A program made the position numbers and the translations under genes. The notes beneath the pieces are model-generated. The model worked only from the letters and a program-made list of their open reading frames with translations. It was not told the DNA's origin and ran no database searches. From an uncultured Gammaproteobacteria bacterium (GTDB lineage: Bacteria; Pseudomonadota; Gammaproteobacteria; Xanthomonadales; Xanthomonadaceae), in contig CAVQPZ010000001.1 of NCBI GenBank assembly GCA_963714905.1, forward strand, positions 30,708 to 94,707: a DNA stretch of 64,000 nt, written 5' to 3'. How positions within the stretch are numbered: position 1 is the first letter of the stretch; each line of letters begins with the position of its first letter. Shown piece after piece: positions 22,742 to 33,526 of this stretch.

Positions 22742-23650
22742 ATGAGCCCACACGCCAGGAAACGCATTCGCAAGGCGGTCTTCCCGGTTGCCGGCCTCGG
22801 TACGCGCTTCCTGCCGGCGACCAAGACGGTGCCGAAGGAAATGCTGCCGATCGTCGACAAGCCGCTGATCCAGTACGCAGTGGACGAAGCGGTGGAAGCC
22901 GGCTGCGACACCTTGGTATTCGTCACCAATCGCTACAAGCATTCGGTGGCCGACTATTTCGACAAGGCCTACGAGCTCGAACAGAAGCTTGAGCGCGCCG
23001 GCAAGCTCGAGCAGCTGGAGCTGATCCGCAATGTGTTGCCGCCCGGCGTGCGCGCGGTGTTCGTGACCCAGGCAGAAGCCCTCGGCCTGGGCCATGCGGT
23101 GCTGTGCGCCAAGCCGGTTGTCGGCGACGAGCCATTTGCCGTGTTGTTGCCCGACGACCTGATCTGGAGCCGTGGCGATGGCGTGCTCAAGCAGATGGCT
23201 GATCGCGCGCAGGCGACAGGCAACAGCGTGATCGCGGTGCAGGACGTGCCACGTGCGCAGACCGGCAGCTATGGCATCGTCGCCACGGATGCATTCGATG
23301 GCCAGGCCGGCCGGATCAGCCGCATCGTCGAGAAACCCGACCCCGAGGATGCGCCCAGCACCCTTGCAGTGGTCGGGCGTTACATCCTGGATCCTTCGAT
23401 CTTCGACCTGCTGCAAACCACAGGGCAGGGTAGCGGCGGCGAGATCCAGTTGACCGATGCGATCGAAGCGCTGTTGTCGCGAAAACCCGTGGAGGCATTC
23501 CGTTTCCGTGGTACGCGGTTCGACTGCGGTACGCATCTTGGCCTGATCGAAGCTACCGTCCGTTATGCGCTGGACCATGAGCTGCTCAGCGAAGCCGCAC
23601 GCACGTTGATGCAAAACGCACTGGCTGAAATGGGCGTGGTGGAGACCTGA
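22742..23650 (+). CDS. galU: UTP-glucose-1-phosphate uridylyltransferase
   Basis: KAVFPVAGLGTRFLPATK, VEKP, GEIQLTDAI. Confidence 0.96.
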   Translation: MSPHARKRIRKAVFPVAGLGTRFLPATKTVPKEMLPIVDKPLIQYAVDEAVEAGCDTLVFVTNRYKHSVADYFDKAYELEQKLERAGKLEQLELIRNVLPPGVRAVFVTQAEALGLGHAVLCAKPVVGDEPFAVLLPDDLIWSRGDGVLKQMADRAQATGNSVIAVQDVPRAQTGSYGIVATDAFDGQAGRISRIVEKPDPEDAPSTLAVVGRYILDPSIFDLLQTTGQGSGGEIQLTDAIEALLSRKPVEAFRFRGTRFDCGTHLGLIEATVRYALDHELLSEAARTLMQNALAEMGVVET

Positions 23651-23677
23651 GGCCTGCATGCGCGGGTGGACAAACAA

Positions 23678-23701
23678 GAACGGGGCCGATGGGCCCCGTT
23701 C
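23678..23701. terminator. Hairpin between convergent galU and fadA
   Basis: GAACGGGGCC-GATG-GGCCCCGTTC. Confidence 0.7.
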
Positions 23702-23724
23702 TGCGTGATGATTCCGGCGCAGGC

Positions 23725-24930
23725 TCAGAGTGCCTCGAAAATCCCGGCCGCGCCCATCCCGGTACCAATACACATCGTGACCATGCCGTACTTCTGCTGG
23801 CGGCGACGCATGCCATGCAGGATGGTTGCGGTGCGCACTGCGCCGGTTGCACCCAGCGGGTGTCCCAATGCGATCGCGCCGCCCAGCGGATTGACCTTGG
23901 CAGGGTCCAGCCCGCAGGTGCGGATCACTGCCAGCGCCTGCGCGGCGAAGGCTTCGTTGAGTTCGATCCAGTCCAATTGATCCTGGCTGAGACCCGCCTG
24001 CTTGAGTGCCTTCGGGATCGCCTCGATCGGGCCGATGCCCATCACTTCCGGGCGTACGCCGGCCACCGAGAAACTGACGAAGCGCGCCAGCGGGGTCAGC
24101 CCGTAGTCCTTGATCGCCTGCTCTGACGCAAGCAATACCGCGCCGGCACCATCGCTCATCTGCGAGCTGTTGCCTGCGGTCACGCTGCCGCCGAATTGGC
24201 CATTGCGGAACACGGGGCGCAGCCTGGCCAAGCCCTCGATCGAGGAGTCAGGTCGCGGCCCTTCATCTGTATCCACGAGCATCTGCTTGAGGCGTATCGC
24301 ATTGCCGGAAAGGTCAGGCAAGTGCGAGACCACGTCGTATGGGCTGATTTCATCGCGGAACTCGCCGGCAGCGATCGCGGCGATTGCCTTCTGGTGCGAA
24401 GCGAGCGCGAATGCGTCCTGATCTTCGCGGCTGATTTTCCACTCGTCGGCCACTTTCTCTGCGGTGATGCCCATGCCGTAGGCGATCGCGACGTGGTCGT
24501 TGTTGAACACCGAAGGTGCCAGCGCGACCTTGTTGCCCATCATCGGCACCATGCTCATCGACTCGGTGCCGCCGGCCAGCATCAGGTGGGAGTTGCCCAG
24601 GCGAATCTGGTCGGCTGCCAGCGCAACCGCCTGCAGACCTGAGGAACAGAAACGGTTGATGGTCTGGGCAGCAATCGTATTTGGCAGGCCCGCCAGCAAT
24701 ACGCCGATGCGCGCCACGTTCATGCCTTGTTCGCCCTCGGGCATCGCGCAACCAATGATTGCGTCATCAATGCGGTTGACGTCGATGCCCGGTGCCTGCG
24801 CAATCACGCTGCGAAGCACATGCGCCAGCATGTCGTCGGGACGGGTATTCGAGAACACGCCGCGTGGTGCCTTGCCAACCGGGGTGCGGGTGGCAGCGAC
24901 GATGTAGGCATCCTGGATTTGTTTGGTCAT
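23725..24930 (-). CDS. fadA: Acetyl-CoA C-acyltransferase (thiolase)
   Basis: NRFCSSG, NEAFA, GHPLGATG, MCIGTGMG. Confidence 0.92.
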   Translation of the reverse strand: MTKQIQDAYIVAATRTPVGKAPRGVFSNTRPDDMLAHVLRSVIAQAPGIDVNRIDDAIIGCAMPEGEQGMNVARIGVLLAGLPNTIAAQTINRFCSSGLQAVALAADQIRLGNSHLMLAGGTESMSMVPMMGNKVALAPSVFNNDHVAIAYGMGITAEKVADEWKISREDQDAFALASHQKAIAAIAAGEFRDEISPYDVVSHLPDLSGNAIRLKQMLVDTDEGPRPDSSIEGLARLRPVFRNGQFGGSVTAGNSSQMSDGAGAVLLASEQAIKDYGLTPLARFVSFSVAGVRPEVMGIGPIEAIPKALKQAGLSQDQLDWIELNEAFAAQALAVIRTCGLDPAKVNPLGGAIALGHPLGATGAVRTATILHGMRRRQQKYGMVTMCIGTGMGAAGIFEAL

Positions 24931-24931
24931 A

Positions 24932-27305
24932 TCAGTTCCTCAGCGGCTTGCCGGTCTTGAGCATGTGCGCGATGCGCTCCTGGGTCTTGGGCATCTGCGC
25001 CAGTGCGACGAAGTGCTCGCGCTCCAGTCGCAGCAACCACTCTTCGTCGACCAGTGAATTGCGGTCGATCTCTCCGCCGCACATGACGGTCGCGATGCGG
25101 GTCGCCACTTCATAGTCGTGCGGCGAGATGAAGCGTCCCTCCAGCATGTTCACCAACATCATCTTGAAGGTCGCGATCCCGACATCTCCGGCAACACGAA
25201 CGCGGCGTGCAGGCAGTGGCGGGCGATAGCCGCTTTCGGCCAGCGCCAATGCGCGTGCCTTGGCCACATGCAGCAGCTCGTATGCATTGAACACGATCGT
25301 GTCCGATGCGCGCGAAAGCTTCAGGTCGCGTGCTTCCATCGCGGATGCACTGACCTTGCCCATCGCCGCACTTTCGAACGCGGTCTTGAGCTCGGCAAAG
25401 ACATCGCCGCTTGCGCCGGCAGCGTCGGAAGCGCGCACCGCGAATTCCTTCAGGCCGCCACCCGCAGGCAACAGGCCGACGCCGGCCTCGACCAGCCCGA
25501 CATAACTCTCCAGCCCGAACACGGTGTGCGCCGAATGCATCTGGAACTCGCAGCCGCCACCCAGCGCCAAACCGCGCACGGCGGAGACCACGGGTACCAG
25601 CGAATACTTGATGCGTTGGCTGGTGGCCTGGAAGTTCGCCACCATTGCCTCGAACCCCTTGACGTCGCCGGCCTGCAACAGACCCAGCGCGCCGGCAAGG
25701 TCGGCACCGGCCGAGTACGGCTCCTTCGGCTGCCAGATCACCATCCCGCGGAAGTCGCGCTCGGCAATCGCGATCGCTTGCTGCACGCCGTCGAGCACAT
25801 GGTCGTTGACCGTGTGCATCTTGGTCTTGAAGCTGAGCACGGCGATGCCGTCGCCGTCGTGCCACAGGCGCACGCCATCGTTTTCGTACGCGGTCTCGCC
25901 CGGGGCGGAGCGTTCACCCAGTAGCGGATCCGGGAAGCGCTGGCGCTGGTAGACCGGCAGGGTGGAGCGCGGCAGTTTCGCGTCCTTGCCCGGGTTGTAG
26001 CTGCCTTCGGCGCCGTGCACGCCCTCGCGGCCATCGAACACCCAATCCGGCAGCGGGGCAGCGCTCATCGCCTTGCCGGCCACGATGTCCTCGGCCACCC
26101 AGTCGGCAACCTGTTTCCAGCCAGCGGCCTGCCAGGTTTCGAACGGGCCGAGGCTCCAGCCGTAGCCCCAGCGGATCGCCAGGTCCACATCGCGGGCAGT
26201 CTCTGCAATGTCCTTCAGGTGGAAGGCGCTGTAATGGAACAGGTCGCGGAATACGGCCCACAGGAATTGCGCCTGCGGATGCGTGCTGGCACGCAGCGCA
26301 GCGAACTTGGCGGCAGGATCGCGTTCCTTCAGGATCGCGGCGACTTCCGGGACGACTTCGGCTGCGGTCGCACGGTAATCCTGCGCCTCAAGATCAAGCA
26401 CGAGGATGTCCTTGCCACGCTTGGTATAGATCCCGGCGCCGGTTTTCTGGCCGAGCGCACCTTTCTCGATCAGCGCAAGCAGCCATTTCGGTGCCTTGAA
26501 ATGGGCATGCCACGGATCATCCGGAAGGGTGTCGGCCATGGTCTTGATGACATGCGCCATCGTGTCCAGGCCAACCACGTCGGCGGTGCGATAGGTTGCC
26601 GACTTCGGCCGGCCGATCGCCGGACCGGTCAGCGCATCGGCTACATCGAAGCCCAGCTTGAACGCCCGGGTGTGGTGCATGGTGGCCAGCATCGAGAACA
26701 CGCCGATGCGGTTGCCGATGAAGTTGGGGGTGTCCTTGGCGATCACCACGCCCTTGCCGAGCTGGGTCACCAGGAAGGTTTCCAGGCCGGCCATCACCGA
26801 AGGCTCGGTGGTCTTGGCCGGGATCAGTTCGGCCAGGTGCATGTAGCGGGGTGGATTGAAGAAGTGGACGCCACAGAAGCGATGGCGAAGCTGTTCCGGA
26901 AGAACATCGGCCAACGCATTGATTCCCAGACCCAGAGGTGTTGCTGGCCAGCACCGCATGCGTTGCCACATGCGGTGCAATGCGGCGATACAGGTCCTGT
27001 TTCCAGTCCATTCGCTCGGCGATCGCCTCGATGATCAGGTCGCAACCTTCCAGCAGCGGCAGGCCAGTCTCGTAGTTGGCCGGCGTGATCGTGGCCGCGA
27101 GTGATTTGCTGGCCAGCGGTGCTGGCGACAGCTTGCCGAGGTTGGCGATGGCCTTGAGCACGATGCCATTCGGATCACCGTCCTTGGCGGCCAGGTCGAA
27201 CAGGACGGTGTCGACGCCCGCATTGGTCAGGTGCGCCGCGATCTGCGCGCCCATCACGCCGGCACCAAGCACGGCGACGCGACGTACAAGTAATTTATCA
27301 GACAT
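24932..27305 (-). CDS. 3-hydroxyacyl-CoA dehydrogenase / enoyl-CoA hydratase (FadN-type domain order), frameshift near 26930
   Basis: VAVLGAGVMG, ASNTSG/L, HFFNPPRYM, GGGCE; ORFs 26517..27320 and 24932..26980. Confidence 0.9.
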
Positions 27306-27326
27306 GTTTTGCAACTCCATGTAATA

Positions 27327-27954
27327 TCAGATTATTTCTGCTTTGAATCCGGCACTTGCGAACTGGATCAGAGTCCTGGCAGCGCGCTGGCGGTGGGTCG
27401 CTTCGGACACGGATGCCGGTCGTTTGATCAGGCCGAAGTCAGCCATCGCATAGGTCAGTGAGCCCGACAGGAAGTCCAGCCGCCAATACAGATCTTCCTT
27501 GCCAAGTCCTGGTACGCAGGCGCCAATGGCCTTCGCGAAATCGCGTAGCACGTGACCGTATTGATCGGACAGGAACTTGCGCAGGATGTCGTTGTTTTCG
27601 GCGTAGGCGCGGGCGATTACCCGGATGAAAGCGCCGCCGCCGTGGCGGTCTTGCGCCATCGCCAGGGCAGGCTCGACGAAGGCCGCCAGGATCGGCTCCA
27701 GTTCGCCAGGATGGTTGGCCACCGCGGCCTGCAGCGCCTGCAAACGATCGCGGCTCATATCGTCCATGCGCCGGCGGAACACCTCGTTGACCAGGTTGTC
27801 CTTGCTGCCGAAGTGGTAATTGACCGCGGCGATATTGACGTCGGCGCGGCTGGTGACCTGACGCAGGGAAGTGGCACCAAAGCCTTGCTGGGCGAAAAGC
27901 TCTTCCGCCGCGTGCAGGATCCGATCCTTGGTCGAGAAGTGCTGGAGAGCTCAT
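27327..27954 (-). CDS. TetR-family regulator, PsrA-like; frameshift just after the start
   Basis: Upstream in-frame HTH STKDRILHAAEELFAQQGFGATSLRQVTSRADVNIAAVNYHFGSK; heads the fad operon. Confidence 0.85.
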
Positions 27955-27969
27955 CGGCAAGCCCTGAAT

Positions 27970-28013
27970 CAAACGCTTGTTTTAATGTTAGATCGCAGTG
28001 GCCAGGGAGTCAA
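27970..28013 (-). promoter_or_regulatory. Sigma70 promoter with PsrA-type operator
   Basis: Minus strand TTGACT (28008-13), 17 bp, TAACAT (27985-90); palindrome CAAAC-GCTT-GTTTT at 27970-83 over the start site. Confidence 0.7.
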
Positions 28014-28042
28014 GTGAGACCAATTTCAATCTGTAGAAAGGC

Positions 28043-28117
28043 GTGTCATGCAGACCGATTTAGTCTAGAATTGCCCATAGCCATATCGGCCAAACCCGCG
28101 CCAGTACGCGGGTTTTT
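28043..28117 (+). promoter_or_regulatory. Putative ndk promoter and leader hairpin with U-tract
   Basis: GTGTCA-17-TAGAAT (28043-71), then AAACCCGCG-CCAGTA-CGCGGGTTTTT (28092-117). Confidence 0.55.
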
Positions 28118-28171
28118 CAGTTATCTTCGGGCTTGCGACGCAGTCGCCGCCCGCCACACCGGAGTATTCCA

Positions 28172-28597
28172 ATGGCGCTGGAGCGCACCCTTTCGATCAT
28201 CAAGCCCGATGCCGTCGCCAAGAACGTCATCGGCCAGATCTACACCCGTTTCGAACAGGCTGGCCTGAAGGTCGTCGCCTCGAAGATGAAGCACCTGTCC
28301 AGGCAAGAAGCCGAAGGCTTCTATGCGGTGCATCGCGAGCGTCCGTTCTTCGGCGCGCTGGTCAATTTCATGAGCTCCGGCCCGGTGATGATCCAGGCGC
28401 TGGAAGGCGAGAACGCCGTGCTCACGCACCGTGACCTGATGGGCGCCACCAATCCGAAGGACGCCGCGCCGGGCACGATCCGTGCCGACTTCGCGGACAG
28501 CATCGACGCCAATGCGGTGCACGGTTCGGATTCGCTGGAGAATGCGGCGATCGAGATTGCCTATTTCTTCCCGTCCACCGACGTGTACACCCGTTGA
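28172..28597 (+). CDS. ndk: Nucleoside diphosphate kinase
   Basis: [28 protein letters not shown]. Confidence 0.97.
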   Translation: MALERTLSIIKPDAVAKNVIGQIYTRFEQAGLKVVASKMKHLSRQEAEGFYAVHRERPFFGALVNFMSSGPVMIQALEGENAVLTHRDLMGATNPKDAAPGTIRADFADSIDANAVHGSDSLENAAIEIAYFFPSTDVYTR

Positions 28598-28606
28598 GTT
28601 GAGGCA

Positions 28607-29865
28607 ATGAGCGACACCCGCGCCCCGGTCATCGACATCACCTTGCCGGGCGACTCCCGGTGGGTGATGGCGTAGCCGTGGACGCACCTACACAGGCGGC
28701 CAAGGTCGCCTCGCGTATTCCGGAAGGGGATTCCCGCACCAACATCTTCGACTTCGACCGAGCGTCTCTCGAGCGTTTCTTCGAGGACGACCTGGGTGAA
28801 AAGAAGTTCCGCGCGCACCAGGTGATGAAGTGGATCCATCATCGCTACGCCACGGAGTTTGCCGACATGACCGACCTCGGCAAGGCGCTGCGCGCCAAGC
28901 TCGAGGAACGTGCGGTGGTGCGTGCGCCGCAGATGCTCTTCGACAAGGCTTCGGAAGACGGCACCCACAAGTGGTTGCTCGGGATGGACCCGAAGAACGC
29001 GATCGAGGCAGTGTTCATTCCCGACAAGGGGCGAGGCACGCTGTGTGTGTCCTCGCAGGTCGGTTGCGCGCTGAACTGCCAGTTCTGCTCCACCGCGACC
29101 CAAGGGTTCAACCGCAACCTGACCACCGCCGAGATCATCGGCCAGGTCTGGATTGCCGCCCGCCACCTGGGCAATGTGCCCCACCTGCGGCGCAAGCTCA
29201 CCAACGTGGTGATGATGGGCATGGGCGAGCCGCTCATGAACTTCGACAACGTGGTGCGCGCGATGAGCATCATGCGCGACGACCTCGGTTATGGCCTTGC
29301 GAACAAGCGGGTGACCCTGTCGACGGCTGGCGTAGTGCCGATGATCGACCGCCTGGGCGAGGAGAGCGACGTCTCGCTGGCGGTGTCGTTGCATGCACCG
29401 ACCGACGAGTTGCGCACCAGCCTGGTGCCACTCAACAAGAAGTACCCGATCGCCGTGCTGATGGACGCCTGCGTGCGCTACGCGCAGCGCAAGCGCGGCA
29501 GCTCGGTGACGTTTGAATACACCTTGATGAAGGACGTCAACGACCAGCCCGAGCAGGCGCGCGGCCTGGTGAAGCTGATGCAGGAATTCGATCGTCGCGT
29601 GCAGATGAAGGATGCCGCCAAGGTCAACCTGATCCCCTTCAATCCATACCCCGGCACGCGCTTCGCGCGACCGACCGACGAGGCCATTCGCGCCTTCCAG
29701 AAGCAGCTCAACAACGCCGGCATGATCGCGCCGGTCCGGCGTACCCGCGGCGATGACATCGATGCTGCCTGCGGGCAGCTGAAGGGACAGGTGATGGACC
29801 GTACCCGGCGTTCGGCCGAGCATCGCAAGCATCTGCAGGCATCGAGCGTGTCCGATGTCGCATAG
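28607..29865 (+). CDS. rlmN: 23S rRNA A2503 methyltransferase RlmN (start uncertain; ATG 28607 is out of frame with ORF 28660)
   Basis: [13 protein letters not shown] radical-SAM motif, [15 protein letters not shown]. Confidence 0.95.
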
Positions 29866-30691
29866 GCTGTTTTCGCCACGCCTGGCCGGCATCGTCTTGC
29901 TGGCGGGAAGTGTGCTTGCAACCACGGCATGCCGCCAACTCGAACGGCTGACCATCGTGCGCCCATCCGCGGACCGCGGGGAGTTCACCCAGGTCGCTCC
30001 CACCTACGAGGTCAGCGGCAAGACCAGCAAGTCGGTATCGAACCAGCCACCAGCTCAATTGCTTGCGGCTGCAAGCACGCTGTACGCGGCCGGGCAGCTG
30101 GACGATGCAAGGATCAAGGCCAGGCAAGTGCTGACGGCGGATCCGGCTTCGGGCGATGCGCACACCTTGCTTGGGCTGATTGCCAGCGCGAACGGGCAAG
30201 AAGCGGACGCAGGGGTGCATTACCGGAAAGCGCTGGACATTGCGCCCGCCAACGGTGCCTACGCGAACAATTACGGCATCTGGCTTTGCGGCAATGGCCG
30301 TGCGCAGGAATCACTGGCCTGGTTCGACAAGGCACTGCTCGACCCGGCGTATCCAACGCCTGTCACCGCGCTGGTCAATGCCGGAACCTGTGCCAGTCAG
30401 GCGGGTCAGCTTGTTCGAGCCGAGGCAAACTGGCGGCAGGCGCTGGCGCTGGAACCCGAAATGGCATCGGCACTGTCCGGCCTGGCGAGCCTCCAATTTG
30501 ACCGTGGCCACTATCTGGATGCGCGTGCCTTCGTGCAGCGTTGGCTCGCAATCGCGCCGCAGGATGCGATCGCATTGCAACTGGCGGTGCAGATTGAGCA
30601 GAAACAGGGCGACAACGCGGCCGCACAGCGCTATCTTCTACGTTTGCAGGCGATCTCCCCCGACGCCACTTCTGTTCCCCCGACGCAATGA
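29855..30691 (+). CDS. TPR lipoprotein, type IV pilus PilW/PilF-like
   Basis: Lipobox TTAC, TPRs with NNYGIWLC and ALVNAGTC; position between rlmN and rodZ. Confidence 0.82.
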   Translation: MSHRLFSPRLAGIVLLAGSVLATTACRQLERLTIVRPSADRGEFTQVAPTYEVSGKTSKSVSNQPPAQLLAAASTLYAAGQLDDARIKARQVLTADPASGDAHTLLGLIASANGQEADAGVHYRKALDIAPANGAYANNYGIWLCGNGRAQESLAWFDKALLDPAYPTPVTALVNAGTCASQAGQLVRAEANWRQALALEPEMASALSGLASLQFDRGHYLDARAFVQRWLAIAPQDAIALQLAVQIEQKQGDNAAAQRYLLRLQAISPDATSVPPTQ

Positions 30692-31489
30692 CCACTTTTC
30701 CAGACCCGACCCATCAGGCAATGGCTGGCTGCGGCGAGCGGCTGAAGCAGGCGCGCGAAGCTGCGGGCCTGAGCATCGACGATGTCGCCGCGCGCCTGCA
30801 CATGCCGGCGCGGGTGGTGCGTTCGCTGGAGGCCGAGGACTGGTCGCGACTCGGCGCCCCGGTGTTCGTGCGGGGCCAGGTGCGCAGCTACTCTCGCCTG
30901 GTTGGCTTGACCACGGCGCCGATGATGGCAGCGCTCGACGTCGGCCCGGTCGAGCCGTCCCATCTGGTCAGCCGTACCCATACACCACGCGCACAGTGGT
31001 GGGCGGAGCAGATCGGACGCCGCCTGGTCTATATCGTTTTGACCCTGTCCTTGGCCGTGCCTGCCTGGGTGGCTACCAGCCAGCATCTGTCCGGCGCTGC
31101 TACTGATGCCGCGCCGCTGGATATCCCGACCAAGGCTGACGTCACCGTGCAGCCGGCTCCCGTTGCCCGCCGCACCGTGATGGCCTCGATGGGGCCAGTG
31201 GCAGCTGCGGCGGTGGAGCCGTCAGCGGACGGGATCGTCATCCGCACGTCCGCCGAAACCTGGCTCGAGGCCGTTGCCGCCGATGGCACCAGTATCGAGA
31301 ATGGGATTGTTGCCATCCGGCAGCGAACGCCGTTTTGCCCCGGCTCAGCTGGCACGCCTGACCATTGGCAATGCCTCCGCCGTGGATGTGAAGAGCAACG
31401 GACAACAGGTCGATCTGGCGCCGTTCACCCGAACGAACGTGGCCCGCTTTACGGTATCCTCCGATGGTTCGCTGGTCGTGGTCGACTGA
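30688..31489 (+). CDS. rodZ: Cytoskeleton protein RodZ (frameshift near 31315)
   Basis: GERLKQAREAAGLS HTH, VFVRGQVRSY, TM helix, C-terminal LTIGNASAV...NVARF. Confidence 0.82.
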
Positions 31490-31559
31490 TCCACGCGAGC
31501 GGGTACCAACCTTCCTACAACAACAGCGACCTGCGTATCGCACGCGGGCAAGAGACAGC

Positions 31560-32210
31560 ATGGCGATCGATGACCTGCTCAATGAGCATGAACAAAGCGA
31601 ACGAGTCCGCTCCTGGGTACGCAACAACGCCGTTGGCATGATCGGCGGCATCGCGCTGGGGCTTGGCGCGATCGCGGGGTGGCAATGGTGGCAAGGCCAG
31701 CAGCAGCAGAGCCGGATGGCGGTCAGTGGCCGCTATGCCGAGGCAGTGGTGGGTTTCGAGAGCGGCAACGCTTGCCGACCGCCGACAAGGGTCGCGCCAC
31801 GATCGACGGGATCAGCAAGGCCAATCCCACCCTGGGTGCATTGGCTGCCTTGCAGCTGGCGAAGTCGCAGGTCGATGCCGGCAAGCCCGAGGATGCCATC
31901 GCGACCCTGCGAGACCTGCATGACCTTGATCCGGACATGCGCGCGATCGTGCGCCAGCGACTGGCGCGGCTGCTGGTCGACGCCGACAAGGGCAAGGAAG
32001 CACTTGCCCTGCTGGATGACGAACGCAATCCGGCGATGCTCGACGTGCGCGGCGATGCGCAGATGCAGCTTGGGTGACAGCGCCAAGGCGCAGCAGGCCT
32101 ACCTGAAGGCGCTGGGCCTGGTGGACGTGGGCGACCCGCAGCATCGCCTGCTGCGGTTGAAGCTGATCGAAGCGGGCGGCACGCCGCCGCATACCGAGGA
32201 CAACACCTGA
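31560..32210 (+). CDS. yfgM: YfgM family TPR membrane chaperone (local frameshifts)
   Basis: MAIDDLLNEHEQSERVRSWVRNN, TM helix, RLARLL, RGD; precedes bamB. Confidence 0.82.
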   Translation: MAIDDLLNEHEQSERVRSWVRNNAVGMIGGIALGLGAIAGWQWWQGQQQQSRMAVSGRYAEAVVGFESGNACRPPTRVAPRSTGSARPIPPWVHWLPCSWRSRRSMPASPRMPSRPCETCMTLIRTCARSCASDWRGCWSTPTRARKHLPCWMTNAIRRCSTCAAMRRCSLGDSAKAQQAYLKALGLVDVGDPQHRLLRLKLIEAGGTPPHTEDNT

Positions 32211-33396
32211 TGATCCGGGTCATGCCAAGCAACATGTTCCGCAACATCGCCGCCGCCATGCTGTCGTTGGCGCTGCTGTCGGGCTGCTCGACGGTCAAGA
32301 ACCTGTTCGACGGACGCGGCAAGGACAAGTCGGAAGACCCCAAGCCCCTGGTCCAGATCAGCCCGACCACGACGGTCAGCCAGCTGTGGTCGGCGTCGCT
32401 GGGCAAGGGTGGGAAGGATCTCGGCATTGGCCTGCGTCCTGCGATCGTCGATGGGCATGTCTATGCGCTTGGCGGTTGATGGTGGCGTTTCCGCATTCGA
32501 CCTGAAGACTGGCCAGTCGCTTTGGCAGTACGCATCCAAGTTGCCGCTGACCGGTGGTCCGGGCGCTGGCGATGGGTTGGTGGTGGTTGGCAGCCTGGAG
32601 GGCGACGTGATTGCGCTGGACGCCGCCACGGGCGACGAGAAGTGGACTTCCAAGGTCGCCAATGAAGTGCTGGTCGCGCCGGCAATCGGCGGCGGCATGG
32701 TGTTCGTGCATTCCAATGATGGTCGGTTGACGGCGCTGGACGAGGTGACTGGCGAACGCCGCTGGTTCTACAGCCCCGACCTGCCTGCATTGACCGTGCG
32801 TGGCAGCGGCGCGATCACCCTGGGTCCCGGCATCCTGTTCGTCGGCAATGACAATGGCACGCTGACCGCGCTTTCGATGAGCGACGGCAACGTGATCTGG
32901 ACCACGCCGGTGGCGGAACCTGACGGGCGCAGTGAGCTGGAGCGCATGGCCGACGTCGATGGTGCGGCCATCCTCGACGACACCACGCTGTACGCCACCA
33001 GCTACAAGAACCATACGGTTGCCATCGACGGGCCCAGTGGCCAGTTGATGTGGGATCGGGAGAATGGCGGCCCGCGCGGGCTGGGTCTGAGCAATTCGGC
33101 GGTGGTCGTGACCGATCCCGCGGGACATGTGTGGGGGCTGGATCGCAACACGGGCGGCAGCCTCTGGCAGCAGGACGGCCTGTCCTACCGCAAGGTCACC
33201 GCACCGGCGGTGCAGGGTGACTACGCGGTGGTCGGCGATTTCGAAGGCAACCTGCACTGGCTGCAGCTGAGTGACGGTGCGTTCGCCGCGCGCACCAAGT
33301 TGGGCGGCGCAATCAGCGGGCAACCGGCGGTCGCCGACGGCATCCTGGTGGTGCAGACCGAGCGACGGCCAGCTGGCTGCGTTCGCACTGCAATAA
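32210..33396 (+). CDS. bamB: Outer membrane assembly factor BamB (frameshifts near 32470 and 33360)
   Basis: Lipobox LSGC, PQQ-type propeller repeats, GRSELERMADVD. Confidence 0.92.
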
Positions 33397-33526
33397 GCGT
33401 CTGGCCGGCCTTCGGCTGGCGTGCATCCGCGGCCCCGGCTAATCTGCCGGGGCCGTTGTGTTTCATGCTTCAAGATATTTGATTCAAGAATCGAGAATCA
33501 GGCGCCGCGTGCGCAAAGGTTGATCC

